A DNA stretch of 64,000 bases from an uncultured Burkholderiales bacterium (GTDB taxonomy: Bacteria > Pseudomonadota > Gammaproteobacteria > Burkholderiales > Burkholderiaceae_C). How positions within the stretch are numbered: the first letter of the stretch is position 1; each line of letters starts with the position of its first letter. A program made the position numbers and the translations under genes. This document shows, in pieces, positions 28,786-37,090 of this stretch. The notes beneath the pieces were generated by a model. It was not told the DNA's origin, searched no databases, and saw only the letters and a program-made list of their open reading frames with translations. The stretch spans positions 34,001 to 98,000 of the forward strand of contig CAIZHQ010000020.1 of NCBI GenBank assembly GCA_903932865.1, given 5' to 3'.

Positions 28786-29721
28786 TCAGGGCTTGAGGCG
28801 CGGCACAACGTCGGTGATGCCATCGCTCTGGCCCGGCTCGTCGCCCCCCAAGCGGGCAGCGGCATGCGGCGAAACGCCCGCCACTGCAGACGCAGGGGGC
28901 AAGACCTCGTCCACGGCAGCTTGTCCGGTTTCGTCCCGCAAGGCCTGCAAGGCGGCCAGGCCGAAATGGGCAAACCACAGCGAAGAAAATGCAAACACCA
29001 GGGTGTAAATCCAGATGGCCACGGGCACCAAAATCACAAAGGCCGCGGCAAACAAGGCTCCTGAAGCCCAAACCAGGCTGGGCGCAGCACCCATGAGACC
29101 GGTGACCACGCCCATGCCCAGAAAGCTCATGCGGTGGCGCGCCATGAGGGTGTGGCGCTCGTCGGCACTGGCAAATTCGGCCAGCACGTCAAACGCCATG
29201 ACGCGGTAGGTCAGCCAACCCCAGATGAAGGCGGGCAGCACCAGGGCCAGCGGCGGCACCAGCCACATGGGCAAGGTCAGCACCAGCGCCCCCAGCGCCA
29301 GCACCAGCGAGAAGAAGGTCCACCACAAGCTCAGAAGTAAACTGCCGCCTTGCTTGCGCTGCAAACCAGCAAAACGCCGCTCGGCCACCATGCGCGTGAG
29401 GGACGGGGTCATCATGAACGACACCGCCAGCAAGGACGCCACAACGACCAAGGGCGTGAAAGCAAAGATCACGAGCAAGGGGGCTACCACGGTGTTGAGG
29501 TTGCCCAAGCCCACGCCTTCGAACCATCGCCAAACCGTGTCCAACCAGGCGCTGGCATCGAGCCAGCCCCGCACAAAGGTGACGGCAGTGTCCCAATACA
29601 AATACCCCAGCAACCACGACAGGGCCACGATCAGCACCAAGGGCAACACCGACAAGCCAATGACCCGGGGATACAGGCAATACAGGGCCGCGCGCCAAAA
29701 GGAATCGATCAGGAGTTTCAT
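28786..29721 (-). CDS. EI24/CysZ-like integral membrane protein
   Basis: 311 aa with multiple TM segments. By eye the N-terminus (MKLLIDSFWRAALYCLYPRVIGLSVLPLVL) and topology are EI24-like. The product call is tentative. Confidence 0.7.
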   Translation of the reverse strand: MKLLIDSFWRAALYCLYPRVIGLSVLPLVLIVALSWLLGYLYWDTAVTFVRGWLDASAWLDTVWRWFEGVGLGNLNTVVAPLLVIFAFTPLVVVASLLAVSFMMTPSLTRMVAERRFAGLQRKQGGSLLLSLWWTFFSLVLALGALVLTLPMWLVPPLALVLPAFIWGWLTYRVMAFDVLAEFASADERHTLMARHRMSFLGMGVVTGLMGAAPSLVWASGALFAAAFVILVPVAIWIYTLVFAFSSLWFAHFGLAALQALRDETGQAAVDEVLPPASAVAGVSPHAAARLGGDEPGQSDGITDVVPRLKP

Positions 29722-29736
29722 GCGGGAAAGCTTAAC

Positions 29737-30699
29737 TCAAGCCCGCCCGAACAGCCGCATCACGCCCAGCCACTGCTGCGCCCAAAAGCCCTGCCCGTAG
29801 TCCCGGCCTTTTTCCACCTGGTCACGGATGCCCGTGGGGTCGTAGCGCAGGGTGAAATCAGCCGTGCCAAACAGCATGTCCCACCAGGGCAAGAGAACGC
29901 CGTAGTTGCAGCCGCCCAAGCGCCGCTGGCCTTGGATTTCGCTCTCGTGGCCGATGCCGATGCTGTGGTGCCGACGGTGAAAACGCGGGCTGACCCACAG
30001 CCGCTCGCCGATGCGGCCATACCAGATTCGCACATTGGCATGCTGGAAGTTTTCACTCAACTGTCCCAGCGCGACCAGAGCCACAAACTGCCCCGGGCCC
30101 ACCCCGACCAGCACCGCCACCACCGACAGAGCCAAACTGGTCAGCACATCGTCCAGCAGGTGGTTGCGGTTGTCCGACCACATGGTCATCTGGCGTTGCG
30201 AATGGTGCAGGCTGTGCAGGGCCCACCAATGCGGCAGCTGGTGCTGACCCCGGTGAATCCAGTAGTTGACAAAATCAAACACCACCAGGTAAATCAAAAA
30301 GCTGACCCAGGCCAGATCACTGACACCGGGCCAGAACTGGTCGAGGTGCCAAGTGGGTGCGCCCAAGCCGCGCAAGCTGCCCCAGGCTTGTTCAAAGAGC
30401 CAGTCGAAGGAAAAGAACATGGCCAGCTTGAACAAGCCCAGGCGTTGGATCAGTGTGTAAACCACGTCTACCCGCACGGCGCGAGTGTCTTGCACAGGCT
30501 CAGCCGGCCAGCGCCGCTGCATGGGGCCAATAACGGTCAGCAAGACCGCCATTTGCAGCAGACCCACCACCAGCCAGCCTGTGCCTTCGTAGGCTTTTTC
30601 CAACAATTGGGCCAGGCCCAAGGCAAACACCAAGGGCTGCACCACGGCCTCGAACAGGCTTTGCTGCAAAAAAGAAAAGGCGTCAATCAAGCTGTCCAT
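29737..30699 (-). CDS. fatty-acid hydroxylase / sterol desaturase superfamily membrane protein
   Basis: 320 aa with the three histidine boxes HRGQH, HSLHH and HRRHH. Confidence 0.85.
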   Translation of the reverse strand: MDSLIDAFSFLQQSLFEAVVQPLVFALGLAQLLEKAYEGTGWLVVGLLQMAVLLTVIGPMQRRWPAEPVQDTRAVRVDVVYTLIQRLGLFKLAMFFSFDWLFEQAWGSLRGLGAPTWHLDQFWPGVSDLAWVSFLIYLVVFDFVNYWIHRGQHQLPHWWALHSLHHSQRQMTMWSDNRNHLLDDVLTSLALSVVAVLVGVGPGQFVALVALGQLSENFQHANVRIWYGRIGERLWVSPRFHRRHHSIGIGHESEIQGQRRLGGCNYGVLLPWWDMLFGTADFTLRYDPTGIRDQVEKGRDYGQGFWAQQWLGVMRLFGRA

Positions 30700-30705
30700 G
30701 GCGGG

Positions 30706-31596
30706 TCAGGGTCGCAAAGCGGGCTGGGTGATGAGAGGCTTGGGCTGCGCCAGCTGCAGGGGCTGCTGGCGCACCCAGTCGCGGTATTGGGGGTGCTCGC
30801 GTAAGGTGGCAAAGCACAGGCCGCGGGCCTTGAGACCCACAATCAAAGGCTCCAACACGGCCGGGGCCCACGGGTCCTGGCGCGACCAGATGCCCAAGTG
30901 GGCCATCAGGATGTCGCCGGCCCGGATGTTTTGCAGGGCTTTTTGCAGCAAATGGGCGTTGCTGTAGCGCTCGCTGGGCAACTCGTCGCCCAAAAAGCCG
31001 GCATCCGCCCAGCCCACATGCGCATAGCCGCATTGCCGTGCAGCTTGCAGCAGACGGGCCGAGGTTTTGCCACCAGGGGCGCGAAACAAAGGTAAAGGCG
31101 TTTGTCCGGTCAGGACCTCCAAACGGCTGGCGGCCTGGCGCAAGTTGTCGCAATACTGTGGGACGCTCCACAGCAGGTTTTGACCCGCCTGCTGGCCCGC
31201 ACTGGGGCGGATGCGAAACCGCACATCACCCGGGCCATCCAAGTCCGCACGCCAATAGGCGTGGTCCCAGGTGTGCGAGGCAAAGGCATGGCCTTCGGCC
31301 CCCCGTGCACGCCACCAGTCGGCCCAGTGCTCACCCAGGGAACCATCGCCTTGCTGGGTTTTTTCATGCGCCGCAAAAAAAGTGACCGGCACCTTGTGGC
31401 GCTGCAACACTTGGGCAATCAGCGGGGCTGTGCCCATGTGGCCGGTGTCAAACGTCAGGTAGACCGGGCGGGTGCAGGCGGCAGGCTCAGCCGAAGTTTG
31501 GGCCAGAACCTGTGCCGGGCCTATGGCCAGGATGCACAGGGCCAGCCAGGCGCATGGGCCACTTTTGGATGGATGGGCCTCAGTTGCGCGGTGCAT
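30706..31596 (-). CDS. secreted polysaccharide deacetylase (CE4) family protein
   Basis: ORF trimmed to MHRATEAHPSKSGPCAWLALCILAIGPAQVLAQT (signal peptide). It has VYLTFDTGH and HAFASHTWDH motifs, and its start overlaps the upstream gene by 17 nt. Confidence 0.8.
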   Translation of the reverse strand: MHRATEAHPSKSGPCAWLALCILAIGPAQVLAQTSAEPAACTRPVYLTFDTGHMGTAPLIAQVLQRHKVPVTFFAAHEKTQQGDGSLGEHWADWWRARGAEGHAFASHTWDHAYWRADLDGPGDVRFRIRPSAGQQAGQNLLWSVPQYCDNLRQAASRLEVLTGQTPLPLFRAPGGKTSARLLQAARQCGYAHVGWADAGFLGDELPSERYSNAHLLQKALQNIRAGDILMAHLGIWSRQDPWAPAVLEPLIVGLKARGLCFATLREHPQYRDWVRQQPLQLAQPKPLITQPALRP

Positions 31597-32569
31597 GGTC
31601 CAAGGTCCAGACCCCGTGGGGCGACTTGCCCACCGGCACTTGCTTGACCAGTTTGCGCGAGGCAATGTCGATCACACTCAATTTGCGCGACCAACGTGAG
31701 GCCACCAAAATCAGCTTGCCGTCTGCGGTGACGTCCATGCAGTCTGGGCCAGAAGGACCGGGCAATTGCGCCACCACTTCCCAGTTGATGAAGTCAATCT
31801 GGCTGATGGAGTTGGCCACACGGTTACTCACAAACACATGGCGTTTGTCCCCCAGCGCCCGAAAGGCATGCGCCCCTTTGCCCGTGAAAATCGTCTTGAA
31901 CAATTTGGGCTTGGGCCCGCTGATGTCGTAGACCTCTACCCCATCGCCACCGGTCAGACCGACCAACAGGTATTTGTCGTCAGGCGTGCCGTACACGTCT
32001 GCAGGCACCGCGCCAACCAGGGTGCGGGTGCTCAGGGTTTGGGTGCTCAGGTCAATCGAGACAATTTCATTGCTGTCCTGCATAGAGGCCCAAACGGTCT
32101 GGCTGCGGCTGTCGATCCAGAGGTGGCTGGGCGTTTTGCCCGTGGCAATGCGTTTGGACAAATGCGCGTTTTGGCCGTCCCAGCGGTAAATATCCACATG
32201 GTTCAAACGGTTGGCTGCGGTCACAAACCACTTCATGTCTGGCGAAAATCGCAAATGGTAGGGGTCGAGAATGCCGGTCACTGTGCGTTGCACTTGCGCG
32301 GTGCGGGGGTCGATGAAGGTCAGGGAATCGCTCATGGCATTGGCCACAATCAGCGATTTTTCATCCGGCGTCAAATACAAATGGTGCGGCTCTTTGCCGG
32401 TCGGGATGCGTTTTCTCTCAGTCCAGGTGGTCGGATCGATCACACTCACGTTGCCCTCGAGCGAATTGAGAACAAAAACAGGGGCAGGCGGCTTCGCCAG
32501 CACGTTGCAGGCCAAACCCACCCCAAAAAACAAGAACAAAATTCTGGAAAATGCACTAAAACGAATCAC
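31580..32569 (-). CDS. secreted YncE/YVTN-type beta-propeller repeat protein
   Basis: 329 aa with signal peptide MIRFSAFSRILFLFFGVGLACNVLA. It has repeated blades of the type G..PH.l..tPDgk.l.VaN. Confidence 0.8.
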   Translation of the reverse strand: MIRFSAFSRILFLFFGVGLACNVLAKPPAPVFVLNSLEGNVSVIDPTTWTERKRIPTGKEPHHLYLTPDEKSLIVANAMSDSLTFIDPRTAQVQRTVTGILDPYHLRFSPDMKWFVTAANRLNHVDIYRWDGQNAHLSKRIATGKTPSHLWIDSRSQTVWASMQDSNEIVSIDLSTQTLSTRTLVGAVPADVYGTPDDKYLLVGLTGGDGVEVYDISGPKPKLFKTIFTGKGAHAFRALGDKRHVFVSNRVANSISQIDFINWEVVAQLPGPSGPDCMDVTADGKLILVASRWSRKLSVIDIASRKLVKQVPVGKSPHGVWTLDHAPRN

Positions 32570-32624
32570 TTGGGGGCTTTCTAAATCGCGCTCAAGTGTA
32601 AACGGCCCACCCTCAGGATTTCCG

Positions 32625-33452
32625 ATGCAAACGCACTGCTTTCAAAAAATAAAGATTCGTGGCATTGGGCTTGAAACCCTGAGCATCGCACCACCCGACG
32701 GTGCCGATGGACCGACTCTGGTTTTTTTACACGAAGGCCTGGGCAGCGTGCGCATGTGGCGCGACTGGCCCAACCGCCTGTGCGCGCAACTGGGTTGCGC
32801 GGGCCTGGTGTATTCACGCCAAGGTTACGGCCAGTCCGACCCTGTACCGGATGTGCGCGGCCCCTCTGGCCAGACGCACGGGCGCCGGCATGGGCGTTTG
32901 CTGCCCGACTACATGCACCACGAAGCCTTCGAGGTCTTGCCCACTTTGCTGCAGTTCTTGGGCATAGAACGGCCCGTGTTGCTTGGGCACTCGGACGGAG
33001 GCACCATCGCCTTGCTGCACGCCAGCCGTTGGACAGTGCTTGGCTGCATCGTCATGGCCCCCCACATCATGGTGGAGCCCATCTCCCTGCTGGCCATCGA
33101 CCAAGCACGCCGGGCCTTTGAGCAAGGCGCATTGCGCGAGCGGCTGTCCGCTTACCACGCGGATGTGGACTGCGCTTTCTGGCAATGGAACGAGGTCTGG
33201 CTGAGTCCGGCTTTTGCCAGTTTTGACATCCGCACCGACTTGCCCCGTATCCAGGCTCCGCTGCTGGCCATCCAGGGTGTAGACGACCCCTACGGCACTC
33301 TGGCCCAAATCGAGGGCATCGCCCAAGCTGTGCCGCACACCCGTTTGCTCCAACTGCCCGCCTGCGGCCATTCACCCCACCGCGACCAAGCCAAGGCCGT
33401 GGAAAATGCAGTGGCAGACTTCATGGCCAGTTTGGGGAGTCGTCGGATCTGA
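32625..33452 (+). CDS. alpha/beta hydrolase
   Basis: ORF 32271..33452 trimmed to MQTHCFQKIKIRGIGLETL. It has an HEGLGS oxyanion region, the nucleophile elbow GHSDGG, and a C-terminal GHSPH. Confidence 0.85.
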   Translation: MQTHCFQKIKIRGIGLETLSIAPPDGADGPTLVFLHEGLGSVRMWRDWPNRLCAQLGCAGLVYSRQGYGQSDPVPDVRGPSGQTHGRRHGRLLPDYMHHEAFEVLPTLLQFLGIERPVLLGHSDGGTIALLHASRWTVLGCIVMAPHIMVEPISLLAIDQARRAFEQGALRERLSAYHADVDCAFWQWNEVWLSPAFASFDIRTDLPRIQAPLLAIQGVDDPYGTLAQIEGIAQAVPHTRLLQLPACGHSPHRDQAKAVENAVADFMASLGSRRI

Positions 33453-33502
33453 AGGCACCAACTGCAAAGCCCCCGCAGGTTGGGCCTTTCAGGTGCGACA
33501 CT

Positions 33503-34246
33503 TCAGGGCTTGAGCGCCACCAAATCCGATGGCGACAAAAAGCGCCACTGACCAGGGGCCAGATCGCCCAGCACCAAACCGCCGATTTGAGAGCGGTGCA
33601 ACCCCTCCACCCGGTTGCCCACCGCCGCGACCATTCGCTTGACCTGGTGGTATTTGCCCTCGGTGAGGGTGAGTTTCAGGTGCAGATCGCTCAGCGCCTC
33701 ACAGGCCGAAGCTTTGACGGGTTTGGGGTCATCGTCCAGCACCACCCCGCTCAGCAACTTTTGCACCATCTCGGGCGTGATGGGGTGTTTGGTGGTGACC
33801 TCGTACACCTTGGGCACGTTGTGCTTGGGCGAGCTCATCCTGTGGATGAACTGGCCGTCGTCGGTCAGCAGCAGCAAGCCGGTGGTGTCCTGGTCGAGTC
33901 GGCCCACGGCTTGGACGCCCTGCACCGCCGCTTTTTGCGGGCGCTGGCGCAAAGGGGCCGGGAGCAAGGTGTAGATGCTCGGCCAGGTCGATGGCTTTTG
34001 CGAGCACTCGGTGCCGGCGGGCTTGTGCAGCAGCACGTAGGCCTTGTCCAGGTAGGGCCACACGGCGCCTTGTACCGTGAATTGCAGACCTTCCAGATCG
34101 AAAAATTCGCCCGCATCTGTGACGGCTTGGCCTAGCACTTGCACATGGCCTTGCTGGACCAGGCCTGCGCACACGCGGCGTGTGCCAAAGCCCTGACTGA
34201 ACAAGATGTCTTCCAGGCGCATGGGTTTGAGAGGTTTGGCTTTCAT
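33503..34246 (-). CDS. rsuA: 16S rRNA pseudouridine synthase (RsuA family, with S4 domain)
   Basis: S4-like N-terminus MRLEDILFSQGFGTRRVCAGLV and catalytic GRLDQDTTGLLLLT. The start is either 34246 (MKAKPLKPM...) or 34222 (MRLEDIL). Confidence 0.85.
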   Translation of the reverse strand: MKAKPLKPMRLEDILFSQGFGTRRVCAGLVQQGHVQVLGQAVTDAGEFFDLEGLQFTVQGAVWPYLDKAYVLLHKPAGTECSQKPSTWPSIYTLLPAPLRQRPQKAAVQGVQAVGRLDQDTTGLLLLTDDGQFIHRMSSPKHNVPKVYEVTTKHPITPEMVQKLLSGVVLDDDPKPVKASACEALSDLHLKLTLTEGKYHQVKRMVAAVGNRVEGLHRSQIGGLVLGDLAPGQWRFLSPSDLVALKP

Positions 34247-34301
34247 GGGGCATGATTGTCGCCTCGAAACAGACCCTTTTCGCTTGCAGGAGAAACGGCC
34301 C

Positions 34302-34595
34302 ATGAGTGCTGCCCTTGAAACGCTCGATCGCATGAACACCGCCCTGGCCCAAAGCCAAAACGGCCAGATGCCGCAAAGCGAGATGATTCAACTGTGGCGC
34401 ACCCAAGCGGCCACGTTGCCGCTGCCCGCGCGCTTTGACGAGGTATTGCAACCCTTGCTCGACCGCATCGAAGCCAGCATCTTGTTCAGCGAAGAAAGTT
34501 GCTCGTTCAGCCAAAAGGATTTGCTTGCCAGCCTGCAGATGTGGGCCGACAAAGCGCGCCTGCGGTTGTCCAACCCAAGCGCCGCGCAGCCCTAA
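34302..34595 (+). CDS. hypothetical protein (97 aa, helical)
   Basis: ORF trimmed to the ATG at 34302, preceded by CAGGAGAAAC. The codon usage is GC-rich. I recognise no motif. Confidence 0.6.
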   Translation: MSAALETLDRMNTALAQSQNGQMPQSEMIQLWRTQAATLPLPARFDEVLQPLLDRIEASILFSEESCSFSQKDLLASLQMWADKARLRLSNPSAAQP

Positions 34596-35581
34596 AGCGC
34601 TGGGGCGAGGTCTTGCGCTCGGGCTGTGTGCAGCGCCAGCCAGCGCTCGATGTGCGCGGCGTCGTGCACCAGACGCAGCTCGTCAAAGGCCTGCTGCGCT
34701 TCGGGGTAGACCCGGCGCATGTAGTTGAGCCACTGCTTGAGCCGCCCGGCCCGGTGCCGCGTGGCCACACGAGCGCTCACGCCCAACCAAAACACCTGCA
34801 TCAAAGCCACCAAGGTGGACCAAGGAACACCCTGACCCGGCGCGGCCCCTTGCCCTGTGGCCAACTGGTGCGCAATGGCCAGCGCCAGGCCGGGATCGGT
34901 GACCATGCCGCGCCCGATCATCAAGCGTTCGCAGCCCGTCACCTCGCGGCAACGCAGCGCGTCGGCCACCGTCCAGATTTCGCCATTGGCCACGATGGGC
35001 AACCGCACATGCTGGCGCAAGTCGGCAATGCGGTCCCAATAGGCGGGCGGGCGGTAACCGTGCGCCTTGGTGCGGGCGTGCACCACCAGTTCGCTGGCCC
35101 CGGCCGCCTCGATGGCCTGGGCGCAGTCCTCGGCGCGGCTGTCGTCGTTGTAACCCAGGCGCATCTTGGCCGAGACCGGGATGTGCGACGGCACAGCCTT
35201 GCGCACTGCCGCCACGATCTGCCCCACCAGCTCGGGCTCGTCCAGCAGCACGGCACCGCCCCGGTGCTGGTTCACGGTTTTGGCGGGGCATCCAAAGTTC
35301 AGGTCAATGCCATGCGGCTGCAGCTCTGCGAGAGCCGCCGCGTTATCGGCCAAGCACACCGGGTCCGAACCCAGCAGCTGAACCTTGACCGGCACGCCCG
35401 CCTTCGTGCGGCTGCGGTTGAGCAACTCCGGCGCCACCCGGATGAAAGCGCGGCGTGGCAAGACCGTGTTCGTCACACGGATGAATTCAGAGACGCACTC
35501 GTGCACACCTCCCACGCGGGTGAGCACATCGCGCAGGGTGTGGTCGAGCAGCCCCTCCATGGGGGCCAGCATGATGTGCAT
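34592..35581 (-). CDS. dusC: tRNA-dihydrouridine(16) synthase
   Basis: 329 aa, starting MHIMLAPMEGLLDHTLRDVL. It has DLNFGCPAKTV, VVHARTK and RLKQWLNYMRRVY. It is close to E. coli DusC, as far as I recall that sequence. Confidence 0.88.
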   Translation of the reverse strand: MHIMLAPMEGLLDHTLRDVLTRVGGVHECVSEFIRVTNTVLPRRAFIRVAPELLNRSRTKAGVPVKVQLLGSDPVCLADNAAALAELQPHGIDLNFGCPAKTVNQHRGGAVLLDEPELVGQIVAAVRKAVPSHIPVSAKMRLGYNDDSRAEDCAQAIEAAGASELVVHARTKAHGYRPPAYWDRIADLRQHVRLPIVANGEIWTVADALRCREVTGCERLMIGRGMVTDPGLALAIAHQLATGQGAAPGQGVPWSTLVALMQVFWLGVSARVATRHRAGRLKQWLNYMRRVYPEAQQAFDELRLVHDAAHIERWLALHTARAQDLAPAL

Positions 35582-35609
35582 GGGGGGCCTGAGAAGTAGG
35601 ACGGTGCGT

Positions 35610-36128
35610 TCAGCCGAGCTTGCGCTTGAGGCGAACTTCTTCGACCTTCACACCGCCCAGGGGCACGGTGCGGGCAGTGTTCATCTCCCGCTTGAAGCCG
35701 GCCAAGTCATGGAAGCGCAAGGTGCGCTCATGCAACAGCGGCAGCCAGACGGTCACATCGGTGCAGTCTTCTTCTACCAGACCTTCGCGGGCGGCGTCCC
35801 ACAGGGCCAGGCCAACGCCTTGTCCAATGCGGTCCGGCGCGGCGTAGATGGCCCAAATTTCACCGGTGGTGTTTTTGGACTTGGGGTCGCGCGAGCGGTC
35901 AAATCCCACAAAGCCCACGATCTCTCGGCCATCCACCGCCACCATGACTTGCGGCTCGCCGTATTCAATGGCCTCTTTCCAGAACAACACGCGTTTGGGC
36001 ATGGGCGTGGCATCCCAATGGGCATCGGGCACCTGGCCTGCGTAGGCGGCGCGGCAGGCGCTCACATGCATAGCAGCCACGGCAGGGGCATCATGGAGGG
36101 TGGCAAATCGGACTTGGATATCGGACAT
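35610..36128 (-). CDS. GNAT-family N-acetyltransferase
   Basis: ORF trimmed to MSDIQVRFATLHDAPAVAAMH. It has the acetyl-CoA-binding region RIGQGVGLALWDAA. Confidence 0.8.
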   Translation of the reverse strand: MSDIQVRFATLHDAPAVAAMHVSACRAAYAGQVPDAHWDATPMPKRVLFWKEAIEYGEPQVMVAVDGREIVGFVGFDRSRDPKSKNTTGEIWAIYAAPDRIGQGVGLALWDAAREGLVEEDCTDVTVWLPLLHERTLRFHDLAGFKREMNTARTVPLGGVKVEEVRLKRKLG

Positions 36129-36220
36129 GGCTTGAACAAATGAAGGGAAACAACGCACTTTGGCCTCAGGGCTTTCAGCGCAAAACCAGACATTGTCGCC
36201 GCATCGGTTATCTTCAGTGA

Positions 36221-37090
36221 ATGAGGACGTTTACAAGCAGTCAGATTTTCACCGCACCCAGGTCACTCGCCCCCCTGGATCACCCGCCGCCCAGCCGTTT
36301 GCGCGAGCCCAACGTCTGGTTCATCAAGGGCCTGTTCACAGGTCTAATGTGGGCCGCAGCCGCCTTGTGTGCAGGCCCCTTGAGCGCCCATGCCCAAGCC
36401 CCAAAACGTTTTGCAGACGACATGGCCGAGCGCACCCGCGCCTGTACCGCCTGCCATGGCGAGCAAGGCCGCGCCGGTCCTGACGGATATTACCCACGTC
36501 TGGCGGGCAAACCAGCGGGTTACCTGCACAACCAGCTGCGCAATTTCGCGCAAGGTCGCCGCCATTACGAACTGATGGTCCGCCTGGTCGACCCTTTGAC
36601 CGATGCCTACTTAGGCGAGATGGCGCTGTACTTTGCCAATTTGCAACTGCCCTACCCCGCCCCGACTGCCCAAAACGCCATCACGGCCGAGCGCTTGGCC
36701 AAAGGCCAACAACTCGTGTCGCAAGGCGACGCCACCCGCGGCCTGCCTGCCTGCACCCAGTGCCACGGCGTGCGACTGACCGGGGTGCAGCCCAACGTGC
36801 CGGGGCTCTTGGGCTTGCCGCTTGATTACCTGAACGCGCAGCTCGGCGCCTGGCAAACCGCGCAGCGCCGCGCCCACGCCCCTGACTGCATGGCCGAAAT
36901 CGTCCAACGCATGCCCGCACAGGACCTGATCGCCGTCTCGAGCTGGCTGGCCCGCCAGCCGTTGCCCGCCGACACCCGGCCTGCTGAACGTCCTCCAGCA
37001 GGCCCCGCATTGCCGGAAGCCTTGCGCTGTGGCAGTACACCGGAATTGTCGGCCACCGCCGCCAAGCCTGTGAACGGGGGCAAACCATGA
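36221..37090 (+). CDS. dihaem c-type cytochrome (c4-like)
   Basis: Two CxxCH motifs (CTACHG, CTQCHG) and a signal-like FIKGLFTGLMWAAAALCAGPLSAHA. The true start may be internal (TTG or ATG 36347). Confidence 0.8.
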   Translation: MRTFTSSQIFTAPRSLAPLDHPPPSRLREPNVWFIKGLFTGLMWAAAALCAGPLSAHAQAPKRFADDMAERTRACTACHGEQGRAGPDGYYPRLAGKPAGYLHNQLRNFAQGRRHYELMVRLVDPLTDAYLGEMALYFANLQLPYPAPTAQNAITAERLAKGQQLVSQGDATRGLPACTQCHGVRLTGVQPNVPGLLGLPLDYLNAQLGAWQTAQRRAHAPDCMAEIVQRMPAQDLIAVSSWLARQPLPADTRPAERPPAGPALPEALRCGSTPELSATAAKPVNGGKP

